From an uncultured Methylomirabilota bacterium (lineage in GTDB: Bacteria > Methylomirabilota > Methylomirabilia > Methylomirabilales > 2-02-FULL-66-22): a stretch of DNA of 64,000 bases. The stretch lies in assembly GCA_963705305.1 (NCBI GenBank), contig OY970067.1, positions 3,616,001 to 3,680,000 on the forward strand, written 5' to 3'. Positions 9,527 to 21,046 of the stretch are shown here, in pieces. The translations under genes were made by a program, and so were the position numbers. The notes under the pieces are model-generated. The model was not told the origin of the DNA, searched no databases, and saw nothing but the letters and a program-made list of their open reading frames with translations. Every line of letters begins with the position of its first letter. Within the stretch, counting starts at the first letter, position 1.

Positions 9527-9775
9527 ATGCGCATCGTGACGCACGCGATCGTGGCGGTCCTTGCTTTCCTGATCGGTCTTGGCCTGGGGTACTCCCTGTG
9601 GGGGTTGCGAGCCGCAGACCTGCAGCGCCAGATTGGGCAGCAACGCTCCGAGTGTGAGTATCGCATCGCCGAGCAGGAACGGCGCGCGAGGGCGGCGGAG
9701 GAGAGCGCACGGCAAGAGGCCGCAGCGCGAAAGGTACTGGAAGACGAGCTGAATCGGATTCACCCGCAGAAGTAA
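9527..9775 (+). CDS. small membrane-anchored coiled-coil hypothetical protein
   Basis: RBS-like GGAAGG upstream; N-terminal TM helix followed by an E/R/A-rich helix. Confidence 0.65.
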   Translation: MRIVTHAIVAVLAFLIGLGLGYSLWGLRAADLQRQIGQQRSECEYRIAEQERRARAAEESARQEAAARKVLEDELNRIHPQK

Positions 9776-9927
9776 AGTCCGGGAGCGCCGCAGCCTGACC
9801 TCGATCCCCAATTCCAGACCGCCCGGGCGTGGGGAATGCCCGGCCCGGGATGGCTTTTCGGGGGGACGAAGGGAATTTTCGAACGCCCTGAGAGCAGGTC
9901 ATGGCGAGCCCGCCCAGGGAGGGTGGC

Positions 9928-10335
9928 ATGCGAGTCGTCGTGCTCGTTTCGGGGATTGTGCTTCTCGCACTCGTTGTGCTCGCCGCCGCGGGAACCCCGT
10001 CGGGACGGGTCGAGCACGGCAGGTATCTTGTGAATTCTGTTGCGATGTGCGTCCAGTGCCATAGCCCGCGGGACGCCCGCGGAGAGATCGAGCGCGACCG
10101 GCTGCTCCAGGGAGCGCCGATCCCGGTGCGGTCGCCCTTCCCCAATCAGCAGTGGGCGTTCGCTGCGCCGGCGATCGCAGGCCTGCCGGGATGGACCAAC
10201 GGCGAGGACGTGGTCACCCTCCTCATGACCGGACACCGGCCCGACGGGTACGCACCGATGCCGCCCATGCCCCCCTTCCGGCTGAGCCGCGAGGACGCCG
10301 AGGACGTTGTCGCCTACCTGCGATCCCTTCGGTAG
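9928..10335 (+). CDS. monoheme c-type cytochrome
   Basis: Signal peptide, GRYLV..CVQCHSPR (CxxCH), PPMPPF distal Met, VVAYLRSL. Confidence 0.88.
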   Translation: MRVVVLVSGIVLLALVVLAAAGTPSGRVEHGRYLVNSVAMCVQCHSPRDARGEIERDRLLQGAPIPVRSPFPNQQWAFAAPAIAGLPGWTNGEDVVTLLMTGHRPDGYAPMPPMPPFRLSREDAEDVVAYLRSLR

Positions 10336-10551
10336 GGGCGGCGGCTCTGTCCGGCGGATGCGGGCGCCGACGACCCGGCTGTCGACCCAGCCCTTTCCAT
10401 GTTTCCCCTTGACGCGGGCGCCGCGTTGGCCGGATATTCGAGTCCGGCAGGAAGGATGATCGGGGAACCGCGGGCCAGATTGGAGCGGAGGGCGCTTCGG
10501 CCCCTTGCCGCGGGCCCTCACCCCCATGCGTGCCGAGGAGGAGCGCAAGCA

Positions 10552-11712
10552 ATGACAACGTCGGGACCGGGACTCCAGTTCACGTTCAGCATTCCCACCA
10601 CGATTGTGTTTGGCCTGGGTGCGGTCGGGACGATCGGCGCCCACGCCAAGGCGGCTGGATTCCGCCGTCCGCTGGTCGTGACCGACAAGATCATGTCGCA
10701 GGGCGACGGCATGAAGCGGCTGCTGGCCTCGCTGTCCGAGGCCGGCCTGGACGCGGCCATCTGGGACGATATCGCGGCCGAGCCCACCGATGCCACTCTC
10801 ACCGCCGGGGCCAGGCAGTACCGCGGCGGGCGGTGCGACGGCCTGATCGGGTTCGGCGGCGGCAGCGCCATGGACACCGCCAAGGGCGTGGGGGTCCTGG
10901 CCGTCTGCGGAGACGACGATCCGACTCCATACCAGCGGGGCGGCAGCAAGACGGTGCCCGGCTGCGTGCCCGTGATCGCCGTTCCGACGAGCGCCGGGAC
11001 GGGGTCCGAAGTCACGTCGGTCTCTGTCTTCACCAGCCAGAAGACCGGCCACAAGCTGCCCATCCGGCACCCCAGCCTGCTGCCCAAGATCGCCGTCGTG
11101 GACCCGCAGCTCATGCTGACCATGCCCCCCAAGGTCACCATGTCGACGGGCATCGACGCGCTCTCGCATGCGACCGAGTGCTTCACGCAAGTGCGGGAGC
11201 ACCCCTTCTCGGATACGCTGTCGCTGGAGGCCATCCGGCTGATCGTGGAGAATTTGCCGAAGGCGATTCGGAACGGCCGCGACGAGGCGGCGCGCAGCAA
11301 CATGGCCCTGGCCGCGACGATGGCGGGAACGGCGTTCGAGGTGGGCGGCCTGCAGTTCCATGCCTACGCGCAGGCGCTGGGCGCCAAGTACCATGCGCCG
11401 CACGGCGTCACCTGCGGCATCGCGCTGCACGCCGGTCTGCGCCAGATCCTGCCCACCGCCACGGCCAAGCTGGCCCGCATGGCCTCGGCGTACGGGATCG
11501 ACACGCGCGGCTTGACCCCGGCGCAGGCGGCCGAGCGGGCCGTGAGCGCGGCGACCGCCTTCATCACCGAGATGGGCATCCCGAAGGTCGGCGAGGCCAT
11601 GCCGGCCACCCGGGCCGACATGCCCATGCTGCTCAAGGAAACGCTGGAGACCACCGGCGTGCCGATCCCGCCGGAAGTGGCCGAAGCGGTGTGGGACAAG
11701 ATTTTCAGCTGA
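10552..11712 (+). CDS. iron-containing alcohol dehydrogenase family protein
   Basis: Motifs GGGSAMDTAK, VPTSAGTGSEVT, GIDALSHATE and PHG; RBS GAGGAGG upstream. Confidence 0.92.
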   Translation: MTTSGPGLQFTFSIPTTIVFGLGAVGTIGAHAKAAGFRRPLVVTDKIMSQGDGMKRLLASLSEAGLDAAIWDDIAAEPTDATLTAGARQYRGGRCDGLIGFGGGSAMDTAKGVGVLAVCGDDDPTPYQRGGSKTVPGCVPVIAVPTSAGTGSEVTSVSVFTSQKTGHKLPIRHPSLLPKIAVVDPQLMLTMPPKVTMSTGIDALSHATECFTQVREHPFSDTLSLEAIRLIVENLPKAIRNGRDEAARSNMALAATMAGTAFEVGGLQFHAYAQALGAKYHAPHGVTCGIALHAGLRQILPTATAKLARMASAYGIDTRGLTPAQAAERAVSAATAFITEMGIPKVGEAMPATRADMPMLLKETLETTGVPIPPEVAEAVWDKIFS

Positions 11713-12003
11713 GACGCGACGGGCGCAGGCCGTCCCGGAGCGGCTGCTGGCTCGACGAGCCCGGGATCCGACCGATTCCGGGCTCGCGGCGTCTGCGGAC
11801 GGCAGCCCCCCGATTTTCGGAGTGCCCGGCGTTCCCCTCCTCCTCCCGGGATGCGCTCGGACGCTTGAAGAAAGCGCTTGCCTGGCGCGGGCATGTCAGG
11901 CAGAAGATGGGGTGTTGCGGGGCGGCCGGCCCGTGCTCCGGCGGGGACGCCGCCACACCGCAGGCGCCTGCCCAGGCGCTTCGCCGGGAAAGGAGCAACC
12001 GGG

Positions 12004-12672
12004 GTGCCAGGGTGCGGTCCGATGGCCGCGGGCCGTCCCGCCGCTGGCGGGAGGGGCCTCAAGCGGAGCTGGCTTCTGGCGGTGGCGCTGGCGCTGGCCG
12101 CCTGCTCACGCTCGGGCAGCCTGACCGGGCAGGTCGTGGCCTCGGCGTCGCGCGAGCAGGGGAACCCGGCCGCCCACATCAGCGTGATGGCGGTGCCGGA
12201 CACGGACGCGTTCGAGCGGGACTGGGCGGCGGCCGTGGACGGGTTCCAGCAGGAGATGCGGCCCGCCCGGAGCGTCCAAGCCGCGGCGGACACCGCGATG
12301 GAGCAGGCCCGGTGGGCGTGGGACCAGAACCTCACGGGACCGCGCAGCCCGCGGATTCGGAGCCGGGAACGGGCGCTGCGCGCGGCCGAGGCGCGTCTGG
12401 TCCAGGCAACGCGCCAGGTAGAGCTGGTGGCCCAGCGGCACGAGCGGGAAGCGGTGGCTCTGCTCGAACGGCACGCAGTCCTGCAGGCCCAGACGGACGA
12501 GGACGGCCGCTACGTGCTGGCCGGGCTGCCGACCGGCCCCGTCTACGTGTACGCCGGACTGACGGCGGGGGGACGTTGATTGGTCTGGTTCCGGCTGGTG
12601 CAGGTCCAGAGGGGAGCCCAGGAGCTCGATCTGACGCCGGCGAACAGCGGAGGGTGGCCGTTCGCGCCGTGA
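12004..12672 (+). CDS. lipoprotein with carboxypeptidase-regulatory-like (transthyretin-like) fold, interrupted by an in-frame TGA at 12577-12579
   Basis: RBS AAGGAG, lipobox LAAC and TDEDGRYVLAGLPTG motif. The frame continues after the TGA as LVWFRLVQVQRGAQELDLTPANSGGWPFAP* to 12672. Confidence 0.6.
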
Positions 12673-12715
12673 CCGCGACAGGGGGCCGGGATGCCTGCCA
12701 GGAAGGGGTGAAACG

Positions 12716-12964
12716 GTGAGCTGGAAGAAGGCCGAGATCTATCGGGGATTCATCATCAGCCTGGAGGAGGTCCGACCCGGCGCGTGGGGACTCTCGGTCG
12801 TCGAGGTCCCGTCGGGGGAGGGGGCGGGCCCGGCGCGGACGCCGGGTCGCGGGCGTGTGCCGGGCGAGCATGCCTCCAAGGCATCCGCACTGGAGGCGGC
12901 CCGGGCGCATGTCGATCGGATTCAGAAGAACCGCCGGAACAAGGCCAGCCAGTCGACCGGCTGA
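12716..12964 (+). CDS. hypothetical protein
   Basis: RBS GGAAGGGG before GTG; protein-like composition (EIYRGFII...ALEAARAHVDRI). Confidence 0.65.
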   Translation: MSWKKAEIYRGFIISLEEVRPGAWGLSVVEVPSGEGAGPARTPGRGRVPGEHASKASALEAARAHVDRIQKNRRNKASQSTG

Positions 12965-13095
12965 TACACCGCCTTCGCCGGTTGCGGGCTCGCCGAGGCG
13001 GGGCGCCCACCGGCCCGCTCGGGATCCCAGTCCGAAGTGATCGGCCCCGCTCGGGGATCGCCTGCCGTTCGCTTCCCCGTCAGGAGACCGCCGCA

Positions 13096-13431
13096 TTGAG
13101 TACCCGCGATTCCACGGGCAAGACCAAGCCGCCGAAATCCGGCGGCGGCTTCGACCTCCGCCGGTTTCTCGAGCAGCACGGTCTCAGCGCGGGACGGCTC
13201 GCCTCGGCGCTTCGAGTGTCCGAGCGGTACGTCCAGGCGGCGCTGACCGGCGAGGGGGAGCTGACGGCTCGCGATCGAGAGGCCTGCCAGACGCTGGGGC
13301 GCCGGCTGCTGGGGGGGCGGGCGGCAGAGCAGCTCCCGCTGCCGTTCGCCGAGCCGCCTCACACGTTCAGCCGGGAGTTCGCACAGTCCCGCGCCCGGCA
13401 GGCCGCACGGAAGGGCCGCAAGAAGGGCTAG
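13096..13431 (+). CDS. small HTH (XRE-like) protein
   Basis: AGGAG RBS before TTG 13096; LRRFLEQHGLSAGRLASALRVSERYV has an HTH pattern. Confidence 0.6.
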   Translation: MSTRDSTGKTKPPKSGGGFDLRRFLEQHGLSAGRLASALRVSERYVQAALTGEGELTARDREACQTLGRRLLGGRAAEQLPLPFAEPPHTFSREFAQSRARQAARKGRKKG

Positions 13432-15002
13432 CCCCGTGCCAGGCGTTCCTCGGCCGGCCTCCCAGCGTCAACCTGCATGCGCGCGGCATGTCCCTCGAGC
13501 ACGAACCGGGTGTGCGTGCGGAAGTGCAGGAAGAGCGCCATGAGATGGAGGGCCGCCTCGAAGTTCTTCGGCCGCGTCGCGAGGGTCACCAGCAGCGTCC
13601 GCCAGAAGCACCACGCCGTCCCCCGCCTGAGCCCGAGCCGCCGGATGACCGCGCCGAGCGCAATGATGTTTGTTCCCCGTGGCCGAATGGATCCGACCTG
13701 CTTGCGCTGTCGTTTGAGCCGGCGGGCAACTGCCAGCACCCGGTTGAAATAGCTGGGCGGGGAGTACAGGCGACGGACCAGGGAGGTGAAGTCTTCCAGA
13801 ATCTCGGCGCGCGGCCGCGAGGGGGTGAAGTTCAGGCCGCTGGTGGCCTGATCGACATCGCCCGGCCGCTGGAGGGAATAGCCGACCGGCAGCCGTCCCT
13901 CCCGGGCCAGCCGGCGCGTCAGCTGCGTGTTCGGGAGGGCCGTGAGCAGCCCGACCATCGCCATGGGGATACCGGCGGCCTCGACGCACGCCGCGATGGC
14001 CTCTGCAGCGTCCCGATTCTCGCCGTCGAAGCCGAGGATGAAGCCGGCGGTGACAACCATGCCGTGGTCATGGAGGCGGTGAACGCTTTCCACCAGAGGG
14101 TGGCGCGTGTTCACCTGCTTCTGGGCATGCATCAGAAGACTCGGGTCGGGCGTTTCGATCCCGATGAAGACATAACGAAAGTCCACCGCCTCCATCATGC
14201 CGAGCAGCGTTGGATCGTCCGCGAGGTTGATGGTCGCCTCGGTGCTGAAGAGGAACGGAAAGCCGCGCGATCGGCTCCATGTCAAGAGCTCCGGCAAGAA
14301 CGCCATCACGGCTTTCTTGTTCCCGATGAAATTGTCGTCCACGAAGTCCACGTGCCCCCGGTAGCCGAGCCGGTAGAGACACTCCAGCTCTTGCAGGAGC
14401 TGTGGCGGGGTTTTGGTGCGCGGTTTCCGGCCGTAGAGCTCGATGATATCGCAGAATTCGCAGTTGAAGGGACAGCCGCGGGAGAATTGCACCCCGACGT
14501 GGAGGTACTGTGCCAGCTCCAGCAGGTCGAACCGCGGCGCCGGGCTGCAGGTGAGGTCGGGCCGCTCCTCCGAGCGGTAGATTCCATGCCTCGCCCCGGC
14601 GTCCAGGCCGGCGAGGAACTTCGGGATCGTCATCTCCCCTTCGTCCAGCACCAGATAGTCGGCGGCGGCGTAGACGTCCGGCTGGCTCGTGGGATCCTGG
14701 CCGCCGACGGCGATCCGCTTGCCGCGCGCGTGGCAGAACTCGATGAGGGAGAGCAGGCTCCGCTGCTGCGGGATCATGCCGCCGGCCATGACGAGGTCCG
14801 CCCAGTCGATGAGCGCCGTGTCCATCTCCTGCACATTGAGGTCCAGGAGCCGGAGAGTCCAGTCCCGGGGCAGGAGGGCCGCGGCGGTGATGAGACCGAG
14901 CGGGGCGGCCGGGTAGCGGGCGCCCAGGAGTTCGCAGGGCTCGCGATAATTCCAGTAGCTCAGCTCGGGAAACCGCGGTGAGACCAGGAGGCACTTCATC
15001 AT
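13428..15002 (-). CDS. B12-binding radical SAM protein (DUF4070-containing, HpnP-like class)
   Basis: N-terminal PLGLITAAALLP cobalamin domain, SRGCPFNCEFC (CxxxCxxC), FVDDNFIGN and GFILGFD. Confidence 0.88.
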   Translation of the reverse strand: MMKCLLVSPRFPELSYWNYREPCELLGARYPAAPLGLITAAALLPRDWTLRLLDLNVQEMDTALIDWADLVMAGGMIPQQRSLLSLIEFCHARGKRIAVGGQDPTSQPDVYAAADYLVLDEGEMTIPKFLAGLDAGARHGIYRSEERPDLTCSPAPRFDLLELAQYLHVGVQFSRGCPFNCEFCDIIELYGRKPRTKTPPQLLQELECLYRLGYRGHVDFVDDNFIGNKKAVMAFLPELLTWSRSRGFPFLFSTEATINLADDPTLLGMMEAVDFRYVFIGIETPDPSLLMHAQKQVNTRHPLVESVHRLHDHGMVVTAGFILGFDGENRDAAEAIAACVEAAGIPMAMVGLLTALPNTQLTRRLAREGRLPVGYSLQRPGDVDQATSGLNFTPSRPRAEILEDFTSLVRRLYSPPSYFNRVLAVARRLKRQRKQVGSIRPRGTNIIALGAVIRRLGLRRGTAWCFWRTLLVTLATRPKNFEAALHLMALFLHFRTHTRFVLEGHAARMQVDAGRPAEERLARG

Positions 15003-15143
15003 CGCGTCCTCTCGGGGGATGCTCCCAGCCTGGGGCTTTCCAGGCGCAAAGTCAAGAGGAGTCGCGAGCGGAGGTGTCCAAGCGGTCAGACGCGTCGTCA
15101 CGGGGAGGCGAGGGGGGAATTCGGGGGCAGCGGTGTCAGGTGC

Positions 15144-16841
<1,698 letters not shown>

Positions 16842-17058
16842 ATCGCTTCCTGCTCCGCGTGCCAGGAGGCCGTGGACGGCTCAAGGGCGCCGCGCGCAGG
16901 CTCGGGCAGACCCGCCTGCCGTCCCGATCGTCGGGCGGCGGGCCGCGCGGCTCGGCTCCCAGCCCGAGCGAGAATGCCGCATCCGAGCGGCTTCTGTCAA
17001 GCCGGAAGCGCGGGAGAAGACCCGAGAGCGCCGCCGTCGGCGAAGGGGATCTCTACGG

Positions 17059-17595
17059 TCAGCCGGGAACGTCCGGTGGGGCGGCTTTCATCGCCAGGGC
17101 GGTCAGAATGGTCTGCACCAGGACCTTCTGGTCCAGCGGCTTCCGGATGGCCAGGGTCGCGCCGGCCTTGAAGCCCTTGAGCGCCAGCGCCGGGTCCTCC
17201 ATGGCGGTCACGAGGATGACCGGCGTGTCTCGCAGCTGCGGATCGCTGCGCATCCGCTGGCAGACTTCGAACCCGGTCGCCCCAGGCATCATGATGTCCA
17301 GCAGGACGAGATCGGGCCGCTCTTTCTTGGCCAGCTCGATCCCGGACGCTCCGTCGCTGGCCGTCAGCGGCACGAAATCGTGGGCGGCCAGGAGGTTGGA
17401 GGTCAAGGCGAGGAGCAGCTTGTCGTCGTCGATGACCAGGATCTTGGGGCGGCGGAAGGTCGCATGGGACTTCGTGCTGGGCGGCTCCTTGCCGATGGGA
17501 TACCCGCAGGTCTGGCAACGGGTCACGTCGAAGTGCTCGAAGGTCGGCTGCTTCGAGTTGCAATAAGAGCAAAACTGCAGGGCGGATTCAGGCAC
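17059..17595 (-). CDS. response regulator receiver protein with N-terminal CxxC..CxxC zinc ribbon
   Basis: CSYC and CQTC followed by ILVIDDD, LLDIMMP, VTA and RKP receiver motifs. Confidence 0.8.
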   Translation of the reverse strand: MPESALQFCSYCNSKQPTFEHFDVTRCQTCGYPIGKEPPSTKSHATFRRPKILVIDDDKLLLALTSNLLAAHDFVPLTASDGASGIELAKKERPDLVLLDIMMPGATGFEVCQRMRSDPQLRDTPVILVTAMEDPALALKGFKAGATLAIRKPLDQKVLVQTILTALAMKAAPPDVPG

Positions 17596-18007
17596 ACGCC
17601 ACCTGATCCCGTTTTCGCCGGGACGGTCAGGATCATCCTGCCGTTATATGGGATTCTCGCGGGGAAAGCCGCATGGCCGAACTGTCCCGCGATCGTCTAT
17701 CCGCGGAAGTCCCCGCGTCCGGCACAGGGGCTGTCCAGCCGTCCGAGGTGCTGGGGATTTGGAGGAGTAATTATAGCACAGATTACCGCCTTGGACAGCT
17801 CAGATCGGGGGCGCGGCAATGAGGGCGGGCCACGCACCGTTCTGAAATATCGGAGCGTCCCGGAGGGCGATTTGTTCGGTCTGCCGGTAGGCAGGGGATT
17901 CCGGCTGGACGAACGCGCGGCAGGGGGCTACGCTAGCATCTCATCGTGGCGGGGATGGCAGCCCGCAAAACCATACCGTTCGGGGAGAAGAGGAGAAGGA
18001 GACGCCG

Positions 18008-18799
18008 ATGAGCCAGCTGTTCGAAAACCCGGTGAAGCGCAAGATCAAGGCGGGCAAGAAGACCTCGGGGGCGTGGGCCCAGCTGTGCAGCCCCATCGCG
18101 ACGGAGATCCTGGCCCGCGGAGGATTTGACTGGATCCTGGTGGACATGGAGCACGCTCCGGGAGACGTCTCGATCCTGGTGGGGCAGTTCCAGGCGGTGG
18201 CGGCGGCGGGGACGGGCTGTGTGCCGATCGTGCGGGTCCCCTGGAACGATCAGGTGTGGATCAAGCGCATCTTGGACGCCGGCGCCTACGGCCTGATGAT
18301 TCCCTACGTCAACACGGTGGAGGAGGCCACGCGCGCCGTGCAGGCCTGCAAGTACCCCCCTGAAGGCGTTCGGGGAATCGCCGGCAGCCCGCGGGCAGCG
18401 GGGTACGGCCGCGACACCGCCAGTTACCTGAAGCGGGCCAACGACGAGGTGTTCGTCATGCTTCAGGTGGAGACGCTGCAGGCCATCGAGAACGTGGAAA
18501 AGATCGCCAAGATTCCCGGTGTGGACGCGCTCTTCATCGGACCGATGGACCTCTCGACCTCTATGGGGCACATGGGGAATCTGGGGCATCCGGATGTCCA
18601 GGCGGCGATTGCCACGGTCGAGGCCAAGGCCAAGAAGGCGGGGATGCCTTTGGGCACGATCTCCGCGGGGTGGGAGCAGGCCAAGGGCCTGTACGATCGC
18701 GGGTACCAGCTGGTCACCCTCATTTCCGACTCCGTTCTGATCTCCAAGGCGGGTGCCGAAACGGCTGCCAAGTTCCGCGAGGCATTTCCGGAAGGATAG
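18008..18799 (+). CDS. HpcH/HpaI family class II aldolase
   Basis: Motifs GFDWILVDMEHAP, IKRILDAGA and LFIGPMDLS. Confidence 0.92.
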   Translation: MSQLFENPVKRKIKAGKKTSGAWAQLCSPIATEILARGGFDWILVDMEHAPGDVSILVGQFQAVAAAGTGCVPIVRVPWNDQVWIKRILDAGAYGLMIPYVNTVEEATRAVQACKYPPEGVRGIAGSPRAAGYGRDTASYLKRANDEVFVMLQVETLQAIENVEKIAKIPGVDALFIGPMDLSTSMGHMGNLGHPDVQAAIATVEAKAKKAGMPLGTISAGWEQAKGLYDRGYQLVTLISDSVLISKAGAETAAKFREAFPEG

Positions 18800-18895
18800 A
18801 TCTCCGGCTGCCGCCCCATGCGGCAGTTGATAGAGAATCTTATACCCGGTAAGGTCCCTAAAACGCTCTACTTTATCGGAGAGAGACTGCCTGGG

Positions 18896-19738
18896 ATGCG
18901 GATAGACCTGCACCTGCATACCACCGCGTCGGACGGGCTGCTGGATCCGGCGGCCCTTGTCCGGGCGGTCCACGCGGCCTGCCTCGATCTGTTCAGCGTC
19001 ACGGACCACGATACGTTGGAGAGCCTGGCGGAGGTTGACGCAGGGGCGCGAGCCCATGGGATGGCGACGATCCCTGGAATCGAGATCAGCATTTACTGGA
19101 GAGGGGTGGAATTCCATATCCTGGGCTACTTCGTGGATCCCACCGATGCCTCGCTGCTGGACTTCCTGGCACGCATGCGGGAAGCCCGGAGAGCCCGCCT
19201 GCGGACGATGTTGAGCCGCCTTTTCGCCATGGGCATGGCCGTGACAGAGGACGAGGTCCTGGCGCTCGCTCGCGACGGCAACGTGGGCCGGCCGCACGTG
19301 GCCAGGGCCCTGGTCCGGCACGGATACGTGGCCACGCTGGAAGAGGCGTTCCTGCGCTATCTCGGCGCGGGTAGGCCGGCGTACGTGCCGCGCCCGGACG
19401 TGACGATCCGGGAAGCGGTTCAGGCAATTCGGGGGGCGGGCGGCATCTCGTCGCTGGCCCATCCCGGTCTCCAGAATCGGGATGATGCCATCCCCGATCT
19501 GCTGGCAGCCGGACTGGATGCCATCGAGGTGTACCATCCCAAGCACACGCACGGAATGACCGCCCGGTATCGGCGCCTGGCCCGGCGGCGCGGTCTGCTC
19601 GTCACGGGCGGCTCCGATTTTCACGGAGCGACAGAGGAGCATCACGGCGCGACCCCCGGGCAGCCGGCGCTTCCCGAGGAGGATTACCTGCGATTGCGGG
19701 ATGCCGCCATGGCACGCCAGTCAAGGGTGGTGCGCTGA
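18896..19738 (+). CDS. PHP-domain phosphoesterase (TrpH/YciV-like)
   Basis: Motifs DLHLHTTASDG, TDHD, HILGY, LAHPG and TGGSDFHG. Confidence 0.92.
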   Translation: MRIDLHLHTTASDGLLDPAALVRAVHAACLDLFSVTDHDTLESLAEVDAGARAHGMATIPGIEISIYWRGVEFHILGYFVDPTDASLLDFLARMREARRARLRTMLSRLFAMGMAVTEDEVLALARDGNVGRPHVARALVRHGYVATLEEAFLRYLGAGRPAYVPRPDVTIREAVQAIRGAGGISSLAHPGLQNRDDAIPDLLAAGLDAIEVYHPKHTHGMTARYRRLARRRGLLVTGGSDFHGATEEHHGATPGQPALPEEDYLRLRDAAMARQSRVVR

Positions 19739-19805
19739 GGCGGCGGGAGATTTCTGGCAAACCTCTCCGCGGATGCGCCGGGCAAAGCAAAAGGGGACCT
19801 CCGGC

Positions 19806-19834
19806 TTGTCAGGACTACATAAATCCAGTATCAT
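19806..19834 (+). promoter_or_regulatory. putative sigma-70 promoter of the ahbAB-ccm-mqn operon
   Basis: TTGTCA-N17-TATCAT. Confidence 0.55.
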
Positions 19835-19869
19835 CCGCCGATAGGCATTGGGGGGAGGGGATTCGGTTC

Positions 19870-20949
19870 ATGGATCATCTGGACAAGCGCCTCCTGAATA
19901 GCCTGCAGGCTGTTTTCCCCTTGGTGTCTCGCCCTTTCCAGGCGTTGGGCGCTCCTCTGGGCCTTCCGGAAGCCGAAGTGCTCGACCGCATCGCGGCCCT
20001 CAAGGCGCAGAAGGTGCTTCGGCAGATCGGGGCCATCTTCGATACCCGCAGTTTGGGCTACAAGGGCAGCTTGGTCGCCATGCGCGTCCCGCCGGCCCGC
20101 CTGGAGGCGGCGGCGGCGGCGGTGAACGGGCATCCCGGCGTGAGCCACAATTACCAGCGAAACCACGACTTCAACCTCTGGTTCACGCTGGCGGTTCCTC
20201 CCACGAGCGACCTGGCATGGACCGTCGATCGGCTGCATGAGCTGGCCGGTGCGGAGTCGACCCGCATGCTGCCGACCCTCCGGCTGTTCAAGATCGGGGT
20301 GCAGCTGGACCTGGAGGGAGGAAGCGGCGCCGAGCGTGTCGAGTCCGGCCAGGCCGGATACAGCGACCACCGCCGGCCCGCCGCCGGCCGCGAGGGCTTG
20401 CAGCCGCTGGACATCGCGGTGATCCGGGAGCTGCAAGAGGACGTCCCACTGATTCCCCAGCCGTACCGGTGCATGGCGGAGCGGATCGAAATCGCCGAGG
20501 AGGATCTCTTTGCAACGGCCGCGCGCCTGACGGCCCAGGGCTACCTCCGGCGGGTGGCCGGTGTCCTCCATCATCGCCAGGCCGGCTTCCAGGCCAACGC
20601 CATGGGTGCCTGGGTGGTGCCGCCCGACCGGGCCGAGGAGACCGGCACGGTCATGGCCAGCTTCAGGGGGGTGAGCCATTGTTATCTCCGGCCAACCTAT
20701 CCGGACTGGCCGTATAGCATCTTCACCATGGTGCACGGGCAGGCGGCCGGGGACTGTCAGGCCGTGATCGATGCAATTTCCCGGACAACCGGCATCACCG
20801 AGTACGCCCTGCTGTACAGCACCAAAGAATACAAGAAGGTCCGGTTGAAGTATTTCACGCCTGATCTGGCCGCGTGGGAGGTCCGGGTGCGGCGGTCCCC
20901 CGACGCCGGTCTGCGGGCCCCCGAGGTGGTGTCGGCGGATCGCTCGTAG
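19870..20949 (+). CDS. ahbAB: siroheme decarboxylase AhbA/AhbB fusion (NirDL-like, two AsnC-like repeats)
   Basis: VSHNYQRNHDFNLWFT, VSHCYLRPTYPDWPYSIFTMVH and LYSTKEYKK. Confidence 0.88.
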   Translation: MDHLDKRLLNSLQAVFPLVSRPFQALGAPLGLPEAEVLDRIAALKAQKVLRQIGAIFDTRSLGYKGSLVAMRVPPARLEAAAAAVNGHPGVSHNYQRNHDFNLWFTLAVPPTSDLAWTVDRLHELAGAESTRMLPTLRLFKIGVQLDLEGGSGAERVESGQAGYSDHRRPAAGREGLQPLDIAVIRELQEDVPLIPQPYRCMAERIEIAEEDLFATAARLTAQGYLRRVAGVLHHRQAGFQANAMGAWVVPPDRAEETGTVMASFRGVSHCYLRPTYPDWPYSIFTMVHGQAAGDCQAVIDAISRTTGITEYALLYSTKEYKKVRLKYFTPDLAAWEVRVRRSPDAGLRAPEVVSADRS

Positions 20950-21046
20950 CCCGGGGAGAGCCGTCTTGCGCCGTCGGGAAAGCTAGAGCGGTGCGAATGG
21001 ACGTTGGAGCGGGACGCGGGCGCGCGACGGCAGCCGGGGATCGGCC

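Noticed and set aside
12577..12579. Genome-wide TGA reassignment
   Set aside because: Many conserved genes (rtcB, nadA, nadC, ccmB) end at TGA at their expected C-termini.
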